Shown: in pieces, positions 63,886-64,000 of the stretch
Layout: every line of letters starts with the position of its first letter
Position numbering within the stretch: the stretch's first letter is position 1
Source of the DNA: a bacterium
GTDB taxonomy: Bacteria; Bdellovibrionota_B; Oligoflexia; Oligoflexales; RGVZ01
Length of the DNA stretch: 64,000 nt
NCBI GenBank assembly: GCA_043757325.1
Contig: JAYVPO010000026.1
Coordinates: 22,391-86,390, forward strand
Direction: 5' to 3'
Notes under the pieces: generated by a model
Seen by the model: the letters and a program-made list of their open reading frames with translations, nothing else
What the model was told of the DNA's origin: nothing
Databases searched by the model: none
Translations under genes and position numbers: made by a program

Positions 63886-63908
63886 GGCTCGGGCTTTCGC
63901 CCGAGTCC
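63886..63908. other. GC-rich stem-loop (GGCTCGGGC-TTTC-GCCCGAGTCC) in an AT-rich intergenic region near the window end
   Basis: 7-9 bp GC stem followed by further GC-rich sequence (CCCCGCGCAGATCCGGAC...). Possible start of a structured RNA or a terminator. The window ends before it can be resolved. Confidence 0.25.
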
Positions 63909-64000
63909 CCGCGCAGATCCGGACTTGCCCAATTAAGGCATCCGGCTCCTCTTGAAAATGGATTCGCTAAGAGCTGAATTTTGAATGGGGCAGATATGGA

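Overview
This 64-kb chromosomal window is about 40% GC and comes from a compact Gram-negative (diderm) genome. I cannot assign the organism confidently. The gene content (lptCAB-rpoN-rapZ cluster, skp-fabZ-lpxA-lpxB-msbA-lpxK, cdaA) and the low GC would fit a Bdellovibrio-and-like delta-proteobacterium, but that is inference only. Most of the window is housekeeping and outer-membrane biogenesis. The recognisable genes are galE and gcvT/gcvH, with gcvP encoded separately inside an lptC-lptA-lptB-rpoN-rapZ-gcvP-SPFH co-directional block. On the minus strand there is a long bamA-skp-fabZ-lpxA-lpxB-msbA-lpxK block preceded by lolC/lolD. Other core genes are tsaE, cdaA-cdaR-folP-ftsH, ftsK, an osmoprotectant-type ABC importer with a fused binding-protein/permease, kdsD, pyrG, an M50 protease and gatCAB. 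Five segments look accessory or unusual. (1) 5750-10773 is a tightly translationally coupled operon: a Rieske oxygenase, two glycosyltransferases, two small OMP-like proteins, a membrane-anchored matrixin-like metzincin and ArfB. (2) 10767-12803 holds two tandem paralogous thioredoxin-fold lipoproteins, one with a variant redox motif. (3) 12983-14321 is a Y1 (IS200/RAYT-like) transposase flanked by inverted arrays of a GGCACGGAGC REP-like core. (4) 27081-27971 is an 890-bp gene-free region with a promoter-like site, a palindromic operator-like site and perfect hairpins. (5) 62170-64000 carries an orphan AAA ATPase next to a ~335-bp long imperfect palindrome and a GC-rich hairpin. There is no CRISPR array, no rRNA and no convincing tRNA in the window.
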